A DNA stretch of 64,000 nt from the NCBI GenBank assembly GCA_943846595.1, contig OX044355.1:1788199-1852198 (forward strand), written 5' to 3'. Each line of letters starts with the position of its first letter. Positions within the stretch are counted from its first letter, which is position 1. Positions 40,283 through 50,649 of this stretch are shown in pieces. This DNA is from an uncultured Polaribacter sp. GTDB taxonomy: Bacteria; Bacteroidota; Bacteroidia; Flavobacteriales; Flavobacteriaceae. The notes beneath the pieces are model-generated. The model was not told the DNA's origin, ran no database searches, and worked only from the letters and a program-made list of their open reading frames with translations. Both the position numbers and the translations under genes were made by a program.

Positions 40283-41596
40283 TTAGCTCAATGTTACGCG
40301 TACTTTCTTCTTTTTCAAGCGTGTATTATTTAATTTTTCAATCAAATCATTAGCAATTGTTAAAGGAACTGCAACAAATGCACAATCCTGTTTTAATTCG
40401 ATATTTCCCAATTGATCTTTTGTAATATTTCCCTGCTTAAAAAAGAGTCCAGCAATATCTCCTTTCGATATTTTATCTTTTCTACCTCCAGAAATAAACA
40501 AGGTTTCCCAATACTGAGATTTGCGAGGAGCTCTTTTAGAAATATCTTCAATTTTCGATTTCTTAATAAAAACAGGCAAGTTTTCTTTTTCCCATTTCAA
40601 TACATAAGCGGTCCCTTTTGCGTCAACCCTAGCAGTTCTCCCATTTCTGTGCGTAAATTCTTCTGAAGCCTTGGGAAGTTCGTAATGAATGATAAATTTC
40701 AATTCAGGAATATCAATCCCTCTGGCCGCTAAATCTGTTGCAATTAAAATTTGACTGGTGCCATTTCTGAATTTAATCAAAGAACGTTCTCGATCTCTTT
40801 GTTCCATTCCACCTGAAAAACAACTGTGTGATATTTTATTTTTAGCTAAAAACGCACTTACTTTGTTGACGCTGTCTTTTAAATTACAAAAAACAATACC
40901 GGGCTGATTTCCGATATGTAAGATTAAATCCACCAAGGTTTCGGATTTGTTTTTAGCAGCAGCAATCACTGTTTTAACCTCCAATTTAGAAGCCACTTTT
41001 TTCTTCAAATAGTTGATGGTTTTCGCCTGATCTAATTTTATAAATTCTGGAACCTCAACTCCCTGTGTTGCAGAGGTTAGTATTCGCTTATTTAAAGTAG
41101 TTAATTGATTGATAATTCCCCTCATTTCATATTCAAAACCAACCTCTAATGACTTGTCAAATTCATCTAAAATTAAGGTTTTAATATGGGTTTTAGCAAA
41201 ACGTTCGTTAGCAAAATGATCTGCTATTCTACCCGGAGTTCCAATTAAAATAGCGGGTATATGCTTCAATTCAATTTTATCTTTTGACATGGGTCTCCCC
41301 CCATACACTGCATTTACCTTAAAACCTGATCCCATATTACGAACCACCTGCTCAATTTGTATTGCCAACTCTCGAGAAGGCACTAATATCAATGCCTGCA
41401 CCTCACTTGAATTCGGATCAAGTGTTTCAATAACTGGCAGTAAAAAAGCCAATGTCTTTCCAGTTCCTGTTGGAGAAAGTAATATCGTATTGGTATTTGA
41501 TGCGATTGCAGAAATTGCTTCCTCTTGCATCGAATTCAATGCATGAATGTTTAATTTTGCTAAAATATCTTGTTGCTCTTTTATTGTATTTGCCAT
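40283..41596 (-). CDS. DEAD-box RNA helicase with C-terminal DbpA-type RNA-binding domain
   Basis: SPTGTGKT, PSRELA, DEFD, ATDLAARGIDI, HRNGRTAR, GGRKDKISKGDIAG. Confidence 0.92.
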   Translation of the reverse strand: MANTIKEQQDILAKLNIHALNSMQEEAISAIASNTNTILLSPTGTGKTLAFLLPVIETLDPNSSEVQALILVPSRELAIQIEQVVRNMGSGFKVNAVYGGRPMSKDKIELKHIPAILIGTPGRIADHFANERFAKTHIKTLILDEFDKSLEVGFEYEMRGIINQLTTLNKRILTSATQGVEVPEFIKLDQAKTINYLKKKVASKLEVKTVIAAAKNKSETLVDLILHIGNQPGIVFCNLKDSVNKVSAFLAKNKISHSCFSGGMEQRDRERSLIKFRNGTSQILIATDLAARGIDIPELKFIIHYELPKASEEFTHRNGRTARVDAKGTAYVLKWEKENLPVFIKKSKIEDISKRAPRKSQYWETLFISGGRKDKISKGDIAGLFFKQGNITKDQLGNIELKQDCAFVAVPLTIANDLIEKLNNTRLKKKKVRVTLS

Positions 41597-41612
41597 ATCT
41601 ATATCGATTGTC

Positions 41613-42953
41613 CTACTGCTTCTTTTTCTTTTTAATAGTGTCTTTTGTCTGCGTACTTATAGTAGTTTGTGTCAGATAATTTGCCAACACTTTCTCTATC
41701 AACTCTTCCTTAGTTAAATGATGAAAGACCGTTCTCACTTTTTTTCTAAATTCTTCTGAAATGGTTTTGTTGGGTTTGGTCTTAAATATTTTCTTAGCCC
41801 ATAACAATCCATTATTTTCTTCAATACTTTTCGTATCTGCTTTTTGAAATGGATGAAAGATAATGCCTAATTCTTTTTCAAAATCGGTAATATCTGGCGT
41901 TTCTTCTTGCTGTATGATTGTTAGAGAAAGTCCCTTTGCTCCTGCTCTGGCGGTACGTCCACTTCGATGCACATAAGCACCATAGGTGTCTGGTAAATGA
42001 TAATTGACTACATAGGCGATTTCTTTTACATCGATTCCACGGGCCGCCAAATCGGTTGCTACTAAAATATCTATATGCCCCTCTCGAAATTGCCCCATGA
42101 TACGATCACGAATTCCCTGTGTCAAACTCCCATGAATCGCTCCTGAGGAAAACTTATTGATTGCTAAATTTTTTGCCAACTTGTTGACAGCAGCTTTTGT
42201 TTTACAAAAAATAATTCCTCTTTGACCTTCTTTCGAACTTAAGAAATGTAATAAAACGGCTAATTTCTCAATCGGTGCTACAACAACATACTGGTGATCG
42301 ATGCCTTGATGCCCAATGGAATTCATATCTGCGGCGATCTCAACAATGTGATCAGACATATAATTGTTGATCAACTGCTTAATAGCACCTGGCATTGTTG
42401 CTGTAAATAAAAGCGTTCTTCTTTTTTTTGGAATTTCCTTGATAATATGATCCAGTCCTTCTTTCAATGCGCTGACCATTTCATCTGCTTCATCTAAAAT
42501 AAAATGAGAGATGTCTTTAATATATATGGCGTCACGCTGCACTAAATCGGCCAAACGACCTGGGGTTGCAACCACAATATGAGTGGTTTTTTTTAAACGC
42601 TCTATTTGAGGTTTAATCGGGATTCCACCACAAATGACAGCGATGGAGATCTCAGGGTTATTTGCAGCAAAAGAAGCTAAATTTCGATGTATTTGCTGAC
42701 TTAATTCTCTTGTTGGAGCCAAGACAATGGCTTGAATGGCATCATTAGTTGTATCTATTAATTGTAGTAATGGCAAACCAAAAGCCGCTGTTTTCCCAGT
42801 TCCTGTTTTTGCCAATGCAACAACATCTTCTGTTTGAGATAGGATTACTGGAATTACTTTTTCTTGAATATCTGTAGGGACGGATATCTGAAGCGCAGAT
42901 AGGCTTTCTTGAATTTCTATGTTAATTCCTAAATCGGCAAAACGGTTTGACAT
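41613..42953 (-). CDS. DEAD-box RNA helicase
   Basis: AKTGTGKT, PTRELS, LDEADEM, ATDLAARGIDV, HRSGRTARAG. Confidence 0.94.
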   Translation of the reverse strand: MSNRFADLGINIEIQESLSALQISVPTDIQEKVIPVILSQTEDVVALAKTGTGKTAAFGLPLLQLIDTTNDAIQAIVLAPTRELSQQIHRNLASFAANNPEISIAVICGGIPIKPQIERLKKTTHIVVATPGRLADLVQRDAIYIKDISHFILDEADEMVSALKEGLDHIIKEIPKKRRTLLFTATMPGAIKQLINNYMSDHIVEIAADMNSIGHQGIDHQYVVVAPIEKLAVLLHFLSSKEGQRGIIFCKTKAAVNKLAKNLAINKFSSGAIHGSLTQGIRDRIMGQFREGHIDILVATDLAARGIDVKEIAYVVNYHLPDTYGAYVHRSGRTARAGAKGLSLTIIQQEETPDITDFEKELGIIFHPFQKADTKSIEENNGLLWAKKIFKTKPNKTISEEFRKKVRTVFHHLTKEELIEKVLANYLTQTTISTQTKDTIKKKKKQ

Positions 42954-43037
42954 ATAAAGTGTTTTTAAGCAAAGATAGTCACACTTTTAAAGAGAAGAGT
43001 GTGTGGAATGATATATTATTCTAAAATAGCGGGAATA

Positions 43038-43069
43038 AAAAAGACCCATCATTAATGATGGGTCTTTTT
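43038..43069. terminator. Perfect palindromic terminator after the cold-shock gene
   Basis: AAAAAGACCCATCAT-TA-ATGATGGGTCTTTTT. Confidence 0.8.
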
Positions 43070-43088
43070 AAAAACTTTAAGTATATAT

Positions 43089-43280
43089 TTAGATAACTTT
43101 TACGTTAACTGCATTTAATCCTTTGTTTCCTTCTTGTAAATCAAATTCTACTTGGTCTCCTTCATTAATCTCATCGATTAATCCAGAAATGTGTACGAAA
43201 TGATCTTTTTCAACTCCTTCTTCAGTGATAAATCCAAATCCTTTAGATTCATTGAAAAACTTTACGGTTCCTTTGTTCAT
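43089..43280 (-). CDS. Cold-shock protein (CspA family)
   Basis: GTVKFFNESKGFGFI (RNP1), FVHISG (RNP2), KGLNAVNV. Confidence 0.96.
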   Translation of the reverse strand: MNKGTVKFFNESKGFGFITEEGVEKDHFVHISGLIDEINEGDQVEFDLQEGNKGLNAVNVKVI

Positions 43281-43457
43281 TATATTATAATTAAATTATT
43301 AAGTAGCAAATGTATAACATATTTTAATACGAAGTACTTTTTTAACTTTTTATTTTTAGTTTTTCCTTTCTTTCAATACTAATTTAGCTGTTTGACCTGG
43401 CTATTTATAGGGCTACCTACTCTATCTTCTTTTATCACTCTTAAAAAGAATCGGAAC

Positions 43458-44381
43458 CTATAAACGTTTGCGAGAAGTTATAAAATAAACCCCTGTCAAT
43501 AATACAACAGATGCAATAATTGACTGGATTGATAACTGCTCGTCCAAAACATACCAACCTAAAATCATTGCTACGATTGGGTTTACATAGGCAGAAGTGG
43601 CGACTTTTTCCGGGGAAACATTTTTTAAAAGGAAATTAAAAGCAGTAAATGCGACAATTCCTCCAAATAAAATCAATCCAATAACAGACAATTGCGCCTC
43701 AAAGCTCCAATCTGATGGCAATAACCAAGTCTCTTGCAATCCAAGACTTATTATTAAAAGTAATACTCCTGCGATTATCATTTGATATCCAGTACTCACA
43801 AAAAAGTTTTTAGGCAAATCGGCTTTAGACACAAAAATACTCCCGTAACTCCAGCTAAGTACACAAGTAAACATCACAAAAATGGCCAAAAGACTCCCTT
43901 CTTTTGCTGATATTCCTTGTTGACTGACCAACAAATACATTCCTATCATTCCTAAAACAACTCCAATAATGGACTTTACTTGCATTTTTTTACCGTCAAT
44001 CAAGCGCATAAATAGCAATACAAACAAAGGTTGTGTAGATGCCAACAGTGCTGCAAAACTACTATCAATATAATTTAACGCCCATACGAAAACACCGTTT
44101 CCATAGACTAGAAAAAGACATCCGGCAATGGTGACATTTAAAAATTGTTTTTTCGATATCTGTAAAGGCTTTTTTAAAATTTTTGCCAACAGCAGAATTA
44201 AAACTCCAGCGGTTAAAAAACGTAAAGCTGCTAGGGAAAAAGCCGGTATTTCAGTGACTGCTATTTTATTCAACAAATAAGTAGAACCCCAGATTCCATA
44301 AATAGAGAAAAAAGCGAGGATTAATAAGATTTTATTTTTATTCCGTTTCAAAGCTTTGATTTTGGCGGGGAAATTAACCAT
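43458..44381 (-). CDS. EamA/DMT family transporter
   Basis: About ten TM helices, IWGSTY, LASTQP, AYVNPIVA. Confidence 0.92.
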   Translation of the reverse strand: MVNFPAKIKALKRNKNKILLILAFFSIYGIWGSTYLLNKIAVTEIPAFSLAALRFLTAGVLILLLAKILKKPLQISKKQFLNVTIAGCLFLVYGNGVFVWALNYIDSSFAALLASTQPLFVLLFMRLIDGKKMQVKSIIGVVLGMIGMYLLVSQQGISAKEGSLLAIFVMFTCVLSWSYGSIFVSKADLPKNFFVSTGYQMIIAGVLLLIISLGLQETWLLPSDWSFEAQLSVIGLILFGGIVAFTAFNFLLKNVSPEKVATSAYVNPIVAMILGWYVLDEQLSIQSIIASVVLLTGVYFITSRKRL

Positions 44382-44432
44382 TTAATTTGAATAAACATTT
44401 GGGATTCCTATTTCAATTGGAGAAAAAAAAGC

Positions 44433-44461
44433 AAAAAAAAACTCTACCAATGGTAGAGTTT
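44433..44461 (-). terminator. Intrinsic terminator after the CSD gene
   Basis: AAACTCTACCA-A-TGGTAGAGTTT with A run on the left. Confidence 0.75.
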
Positions 44462-44481
44462 ATCTGTTGGTATGCTGAAAA

Positions 44482-44934
44482 TTATATTTTAGTAACTTTT
44501 ACCGCATTCATTCCGCGCATTCCTCTTTCCAATTCGAAAGATACTTTGTCGTTTTCTACAATGGTGTCTATTAAACCACTTACATGTGTAAAATATTTTT
44601 CATTGTTCATGGAATCGATGATAAAACCAAAACCTTTAGAAGAATCAAAGAAAGAAACTTTTCCTTTTCTAACAGGATCTTCTTCAGGTAAGTCTTCTTT
44701 TTTAGGAACTGAAACCGCTATATCTTCTAATTCTATTTCTACTTTTAAATCTGGATCCGGTGGCGTATCTGTTAAATTACCATTGTGATCAACGTAAGCA
44801 AACTGTATCCCTGCAGATCCATTTTCTTCCCTTTCCGCTTTTCTAGCCTCCATTTTCTTTTGCTTGTCCTGACGTTTTTTTAAACGTTTCTTTTCCTTTT
44901 CACTCTTACTAAATGTCTGTTGCGATTTTGCCAT
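44482..44934 (-). CDS. Cold-shock-domain protein with basic N-terminal extension
   Basis: MAKSQQTFSKSEKEKKRLKK..., AYVDHNGNLTDTPPD, C-terminal GKVSFFDSSKGFGFI / FTHVSG. Confidence 0.92.
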   Translation of the reverse strand: MAKSQQTFSKSEKEKKRLKKRQDKQKKMEARKAEREENGSAGIQFAYVDHNGNLTDTPPDPDLKVEIELEDIAVSVPKKEDLPEEDPVRKGKVSFFDSSKGFGFIIDSMNNEKYFTHVSGLIDTIVENDKVSFELERGMRGMNAVKVTKI

Positions 44935-45238
44935 TGACGAAATAAATATTTATAAAATTTGATATTTGAAAGATAAAAACACGTCTCTTCTAATTAAAAT
45001 ATCAAAGAATTTAATGATACGGTGTATTTTTTCTTGCGTAACAAAGATACTATTTTTTACTGATTTACCGAAGCACATACAAAAAAACAATTGAGAACAA
45101 TTTTTATAATTTATAAAACTATATGAACTAGTGAAACTTATTTTAACTACACGTATTGCAGCCCAAAAAATTGAAAGTATTGATTCATCTTCTTTGATTG
45201 TCCAGTTTATTTGATAATTTTACAACATATTTTAAATA

Positions 45239-47428
45239 ATGATCAAAAAACTTCTTTTTCTAATTTTATTTATAGTCTTTATAATTATTCCACCCAAACT
45301 AAATGCCCAGCATTCGGTAGCTAGAGAATGGAATGAACAACTTTTAGAGGCTATAAGAAAAGATTTTGCCCGCCCTACCGTTCATGCTAGAAACCTTTTT
45401 CACGCTTCGGTACTGATGTATGATGCATGGGCCATTTTTAACAATGCTGCGAAGCCTGTTTTTTTAGGGACTACTTTTGGAGGTTATTACACAGACTTCA
45501 CTCCTATTGCAATGCCAATTGATAAAAATGAGGCCAGCAAAGAAATAATGAGTTACGCTGTTTTTAGACTGTTAATGCATCGTTTTGGAAATTCTCCAAA
45601 CGCAATGGAAACATTGGCATCCTTGGAAACTTTTTTTTCTTCTTTAGGCTACGACAAGAGTAACACCTCATTAGATTATAGCGACGGATCCTATGCCGCG
45701 CTTGGAAATTATATGGCCAGCAAAATGATTGATTTTGGTTTCCAAGATGGAGCGAATGAAGAAAATGCATATGAAAATCAGTTTTATGAGACTGTCAATG
45801 ACCCATTAGCGCTAGAATTGTATGAAAACAATGGTACTATTGATCCAAACAGATGGCAACCGCTCGCTTTCGATGTGTTCATCGATCAATCTGGAAATCC
45901 ATTCCCTTTAAATACACCCGAATTTTTAAGTCCAGAATGGGGAGAAGTCACCCCTTTTGCATTACAAAGTACAGATTTAGAAATTCTAAACAATGATTTT
46001 GATTCGTTTGTCTATAACAACCCAGGAGCCCCTGCTTATATTGAAGAGTCGAGTGAAAACGGTATTGAAGATCCCTATAAATGGCATTTTTCATTGGTAA
46101 TTTCTTGGTCTGCTCACTTAGATCCTTCTGATGATGAAATCATTAATATTTCTCCAAATTCGATTGGAAATGTGACCATGAGTGATTTTCCAACAAGCTT
46201 TGAGGAGTACAAGAACTTTTATAATTTTAACAATGGAGGAGACATTGGTCAAGGGCATCAAAAAAACCCTACGACCAATGAACCGTATCTAGACAACTTT
46301 GTAAAAAGAGCAGATTATGCGAGAGTTTTAGCCGAATTTTGGGCCGATGGTCCCGACTCTGAAACACCACCAGGGCATTGGTTTACAATTTTAAACTATG
46401 TGAGTGACCACCCGCTTTCCAAAAAAACTTTTGGGAACTCAACTAGAGAACTTCAAGCATTAGAATGGGATGTAAAAAGCTATTTAACGCTAAGTGGTGC
46501 CATGCATGATGTTGCAATTAACATTTGGGGAATTAAAGGGTATTATGATTATATACGTCCCATTTCTGCGATACGATACATGGCTTCTAAAGGACAAAGT
46601 ACAGACATGGCATTGCCAAATTACCATCCACACGGTTTGCCACTGATTGAAAATTTAATAGCAGTAATTTCTGAGGGAGATGCCTTGGCAGGAAGCAACA
46701 ACCAGCATCTTGGCAAAATAAAAGTAAAGTCGTGGAAGGGACCCGATTTTATAAACGACCCAGCCATGGACTTTGCAGGGGTCGATTGGATTTTAGGAAC
46801 GCGGTGGTGGCCCTATCAACGCCCCTCTTTCGTCACGCCACCTTTTGCGGGATATCTTTCTGGCCATTCTGCCTTTTCAAGAGCAGCTTCCGAGGTGTTA
46901 ACTTTAATTACAAATGATGCTTTTTTCCCTGGCGGAATGGGTGTTTTTGATGTTGCCCAAAATGAGTTTCTGGTATTTGAACAAGGACCTTCGGAAAGTT
47001 TCTCTTTGCAATGGGCTACTTATAGGGATGCCTCAGATCAAACGAGTTTGTCAAGAATATGGGGCGGAATTCACCCTCCAATAGATGATATAAAAGGACG
47101 AATTATTGGAGATAAGATTGGGAAAGAAGCCTTTGATTTTGCCAGCACTTATTTTACTACCAGCCTAAATATAGACAGTGAAAATGATACGCAGAACCTT
47201 ATAATTTCTCCTAATCCAGTTATAGAAAATCTTTTTATAAATACTACAATTACAAATTTAACACGCATCGATATCTACGATGTACTAGGAAATAAAGTGT
47301 TCTCCAAAGAAATTGATACGAGCAATGCTGTAAATCTTTCCAACTTAAATACAGGTATCTATTTTGTAAAAATATACACGCGCAACGAGAAGCTGCATTT
47401 TGTGAAAAAAATTATAAAATCAAACTAA
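45239..47428 (+). CDS. T9SS-secreted vanadium-dependent haloperoxidase / PAP2-superfamily protein
   Basis: Signal peptide; KGYYDYIRP (KX6RP), GYLSGHS, SRIWGGIHPPID (SRX5HX3D); C-terminal SPNP...GIYFVKI type-A tail. Confidence 0.85.
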   Translation: MIKKLLFLILFIVFIIIPPKLNAQHSVAREWNEQLLEAIRKDFARPTVHARNLFHASVLMYDAWAIFNNAAKPVFLGTTFGGYYTDFTPIAMPIDKNEASKEIMSYAVFRLLMHRFGNSPNAMETLASLETFFSSLGYDKSNTSLDYSDGSYAALGNYMASKMIDFGFQDGANEENAYENQFYETVNDPLALELYENNGTIDPNRWQPLAFDVFIDQSGNPFPLNTPEFLSPEWGEVTPFALQSTDLEILNNDFDSFVYNNPGAPAYIEESSENGIEDPYKWHFSLVISWSAHLDPSDDEIINISPNSIGNVTMSDFPTSFEEYKNFYNFNNGGDIGQGHQKNPTTNEPYLDNFVKRADYARVLAEFWADGPDSETPPGHWFTILNYVSDHPLSKKTFGNSTRELQALEWDVKSYLTLSGAMHDVAINIWGIKGYYDYIRPISAIRYMASKGQSTDMALPNYHPHGLPLIENLIAVISEGDALAGSNNQHLGKIKVKSWKGPDFINDPAMDFAGVDWILGTRWWPYQRPSFVTPPFAGYLSGHSAFSRAASEVLTLITNDAFFPGGMGVFDVAQNEFLVFEQGPSESFSLQWATYRDASDQTSLSRIWGGIHPPIDDIKGRIIGDKIGKEAFDFASTYFTTSLNIDSENDTQNLIISPNPVIENLFINTTITNLTRIDIYDVLGNKVFSKEIDTSNAVNLSNLNTGIYFVKIYTRNEKLHFVKKIIKSN

Positions 47429-47454
47429 ACAAAAGCCTTCTTTAAACAACTATT

Positions 47455-47655
47455 TTAGTCACTCTCCTCAAGAAAGAAAAAAGTATTTACTGGAATTTTA
47501 AACAGTGCAGATAGTTTTAATGCTAAAACTGTAGACGGTACGTACCGTCTCTTCTCAATTGAGTTGATTGTTTGACGTGAAACTCCAATTTTCTTCGCCA
47601 AATCTTCCTGAGTCAAATCTAAAATTGCACGTTGTACTTTTAAAGTGTTCTTCAT
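47455..47655 (-). CDS. XRE-family helix-turn-helix regulator
   Basis: LTQEDLAKKIGVSRQTINSIEK..YVPS..LALKLS. Confidence 0.93.
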   Translation of the reverse strand: MKNTLKVQRAILDLTQEDLAKKIGVSRQTINSIEKRRYVPSTVLALKLSALFKIPVNTFFFLEESD

Positions 47656-47659
47656 TTTT

Positions 47660-47940
47660 CTAATGCTGTTTTTTTAATTTCCAAAAGAATAATAATTGTA
47701 CAATTAGCATAAAAAATAGGACTTGAAAATAATTAAAACTTTCATATTCATTGTCTTGTTGAAGTACATAAGAAACAACAACGTTTACAATCGGTTGCAG
47801 CAACGCATATACAATTGCCAAAATAAATGCCAATCGATAGGATTGTGATCTTAGACTGTCAATATATTCATCTTCAATTTTTTCTTTTGATACAGAGATC
47901 AATAACAAACCAATTAATAGGATTCCATGTAAAAAAGGTT
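47660..47940 (-). pseudogene. 5'-truncated membrane protein normally paired with XRE regulators
   Basis: Retains LLISVSKEKIEDE...LRSQSY.LAF; no room for an N-terminus or promoter because it abuts a divergent remnant. Confidence 0.6.
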
Positions 47941-48350
47941 TCAACCAAACAGGATTGTCTATGTATTTAATTGCAATTATCTGGAACCTTATGGGGGTTG
48001 ATGGTTATCTTAATCAAACCTATAAAACGGAACGTTTTAAATCAATGTATTCCGAGGAACAATTAGAAATTATATTTAATAGCCCTTCTTGGGTAACAGC
48101 AGCTTTTGCAATGGCTGTTTTTTAATCCGTTCTAGCAGTGATATTATTATTGTTAAGAAAAAAAGCTGCAAAATTATTTTTCGTTATCGGCTTATTGGCC
48201 GTTCTCGTTCAAACCGTGTATAATGTTTTTATGAACCCTGGGATAGAACTGTATGGATCTATGGAATATTCAATGCTAACTATCATCCCATTATTTTCTA
48301 TCTTTTTAGTTTGGTATTCTCGATTTGTTGATGCCAAGGGATGGGCTTTC
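47941..48350 (+). pseudogene. Decayed membrane protein (IWNLMG...W.TAAFA.AVF family)
   Basis: IAIIWNLMGVDGY...PSWVTAAFAMAVF*SVLAVILLLLRKK...KGW; in-frame TAA at 48123-48125; no start codon. Confidence 0.75.
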
Positions 48351-48371
48351 ATAAAAGGAATACTTTTGAAT

Positions 48372-48402
48372 AAAAAAAAGCTGCCAATGGCAGCTTTTTT
48401 TT
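48372..48402. terminator. Bidirectional terminator
   Basis: AAAAAAAGCTGCCA-A-TGGCAGCTTTTTTT. Confidence 0.8.
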
Positions 48403-48865
48403 ATTCAAAGAGTGCAGCTACAAACTCTGCCACACATGCCGGTTTTTCTTGTCCTTTAATTTCAATGGTACAATTGAAAGTAACTTTTATACCGTTATCG
48501 CCGAGGTTGTCAATTTCTTTTACAGAAGTTAACATTCTAAGTTCACTATTTACCGGGACTGGATTTGGAAAACGTACTTTGTTCATTCCGTAATTTAACC
48601 CCATGGTTACACTCTCAATTTTAAATGCATTTTCGAGCATTTTAGAAATCATGGCCACCGACATAAAGCCGTGTGCTACGGTACTTTTAAAAGGACTTTC
48701 TTTTGCCGCTCTTTCTACATCAATATGAATCCATTGCTTGTCTAAAGTCGCATTTGCAAAATCATTGATCATTTGCTGGGTAATCCTGTACCATTCGCCA
48801 TCTGGCAATGGTCTTCCTAAAGATGTTTTAAAGGCATTAATATTTTTAAAAATTTGAGTTTTCAT
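48401..48865 (-). CDS. MaoC family dehydratase
   Basis: FANATLDKQWIHID, TVAHGF, LNYGMNKVRFPNPV. Confidence 0.92.
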   Translation of the reverse strand: MKTQIFKNINAFKTSLGRPLPDGEWYRITQQMINDFANATLDKQWIHIDVERAAKESPFKSTVAHGFMSVAMISKMLENAFKIESVTMGLNYGMNKVRFPNPVPVNSELRMLTSVKEIDNLGDNGIKVTFNCTIEIKGQEKPACVAEFVAALFE

Positions 48866-48869
48866 CGTA

Positions 48870-49493
48870 TTATTTTTTTGAGAACAAATCGTCTTTTACT
48901 TTCGGCAATTCTAAATGAAACTTTACCGCTAAAAGTCTTCCTAAAATTACTGAAAATAATGTGCATAAAAATTGAGTGGTTTCAGTAACCTCAAAATAAT
49001 TGGTAGCCCAAAAGACCAACCCCCCAATTAAACAAGCAGAAGCATAAATTTCTTTTTGAAAAATAAGTGGTACCCTACTGGTTAAAACATCTCTCAAAAC
49101 ACCACCAAAGACCGCTGAAACCATTCCCATGATAATTGCCACTGAGGGATGCAAATTATAGCTAAATCCTTTTTGAACCCCTAATAAGGTGAAAACACCA
49201 ATTCCAATAGTATCAAATAAAAAGAGTGTTTTGCTTAAGGGTGCAATTTTACTTTTAAATAAAATGGTAAAAACCACTGCAATTAAAATCGCCCAGAGAT
49301 AATTTAAATCGCCAATCCAATTAATTGGGTGTGCGTTTATCAAAACATCTCGCAACATACCACCACCAACAGCAGTTACAAAAGCTATAATGAGGACACC
49401 AAATAAATCAAACTTTTTATCTGAAGCAAACAATGCACCGCTAATGGCAAATGCAAAAGTTCCAATAATGTCTAAACTATAAATTAAACTCAT
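48870..49493 (-). CDS. Trimeric intracellular cation channel (TRIC/UPF0126) family protein
   Basis: AFAISGA, AVGGGMLRDVL, FDTIG, AVFGGVLRDVL, KEIYA. Confidence 0.92.
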   Translation of the reverse strand: MSLIYSLDIIGTFAFAISGALFASDKKFDLFGVLIIAFVTAVGGGMLRDVLINAHPINWIGDLNYLWAILIAVVFTILFKSKIAPLSKTLFLFDTIGIGVFTLLGVQKGFSYNLHPSVAIIMGMVSAVFGGVLRDVLTSRVPLIFQKEIYASACLIGGLVFWATNYFEVTETTQFLCTLFSVILGRLLAVKFHLELPKVKDDLFSKK

Positions 49494-49495
49494 TG

Positions 49496-50614
49496 CTATA
49501 TTTCTACTTCCTTAAATTTTATATGTAGTTCTTTTTGAATTTCGTGAATTCGTTCCAATTCACTCGGTAAAATAAAAGCAATAGAATTCCCAGTTTTCCC
49601 TGCTCTGGCCGTCCTTCCACTTCGGTGCGTATAATATTCTAATTGTTCTGGTAATTGATGATGTATAATAAATTCCAAACCTTTTACATCAATACCTCTA
49701 GCAGAAACATCCGTAGATACTAAATATTGAAGGCGCTCATTTTTGAAGGCTCGCATTGCTTTTTCACGATCTCTCTGTTGCATATCCCCTTCCAAAGCAC
49801 CTACAGAAAAGCCTTCTTCTTTTAGTTGATGACATAAACTTTGAACACCTAATTTGGTTCTACAAAAAATGATCCCTCTTTCGGTTCCTCGCTTTTCGAT
49901 ATATGAAATGATATCGTTGGTTTTCTGTTTGATCGTAGTTTTTACAAACTGATGCTTGATATTTTCATTGATCAAAGCATTTTTATTCACGGCTATTCTT
50001 GGAGCATTCGCATCCATATAGGTTTTAATAATTCGCTGAATTTCCTCTGGCATGGTTGCAGAAAACAACCAGGTATTTCTTGCTCCAGTTGTGAACTTTA
50101 AAATTCGGTTTAAATCTTGTTTAAAACCCATAGACAACATTTCATCAGCTTCATCTAATACCAAAGTATGAATGTTGCTCACATCAATATCTCCACGCTC
50201 GATTAAATCTACCAATCGCCCAGGAGTTGCCACGACAATATGGGTGGTTCTTTTTAATTTTTTTATCTGAATATCTATTTTTTCTCCTCCATAAACCGCT
50301 TCTAAAAAGATTTTATCATTCGCATACTTTGTATATTTAAAAAGTTGTTTTTTTATTTGCTGCACCAACTCTCTCGTTGGTGACAAGATCAATGCTTGAA
50401 TTTCATCTTTCGTCACATCAATCTTTTGTAAAATAGGCAAACCAAATGCTGCTGTTTTCCCAGTACCTGTCTGAGCCAATCCAACCAAATCTGTTTTCGA
50501 TTTCAATAAAATTGGAATTGCGTTTTCTTGAATTTCTGACGGAACTTTAATCCCAAGTTCATGCAATCCTTGAATATAATCTTTGCGAATTCCTAATGCG
50601 GTAAATGTTGACAT
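49496..50614 (-). CDS. DEAD-box RNA helicase
   Basis: AQTGTGKT, PTRELV, LDEADEML, STDVSARGIDV, HRSGRTARAG; start MSTFTALG. Confidence 0.93.
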   Translation of the reverse strand: MSTFTALGIRKDYIQGLHELGIKVPSEIQENAIPILLKSKTDLVGLAQTGTGKTAAFGLPILQKIDVTKDEIQALILSPTRELVQQIKKQLFKYTKYANDKIFLEAVYGGEKIDIQIKKLKRTTHIVVATPGRLVDLIERGDIDVSNIHTLVLDEADEMLSMGFKQDLNRILKFTTGARNTWLFSATMPEEIQRIIKTYMDANAPRIAVNKNALINENIKHQFVKTTIKQKTNDIISYIEKRGTERGIIFCRTKLGVQSLCHQLKEEGFSVGALEGDMQQRDREKAMRAFKNERLQYLVSTDVSARGIDVKGLEFIIHHQLPEQLEYYTHRSGRTARAGKTGNSIAFILPSELERIHEIQKELHIKFKEVEI

Positions 50615-50649
50615 AATTGCGATTTCTAATATAGATTGCAAAGATACTT

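Noticed and set aside
48138-48593. 151-aa ORF as an intact gene
   Set aside because: It is the 3' half of a pseudogene reading through a terminator into the antisense strand of the MaoC gene
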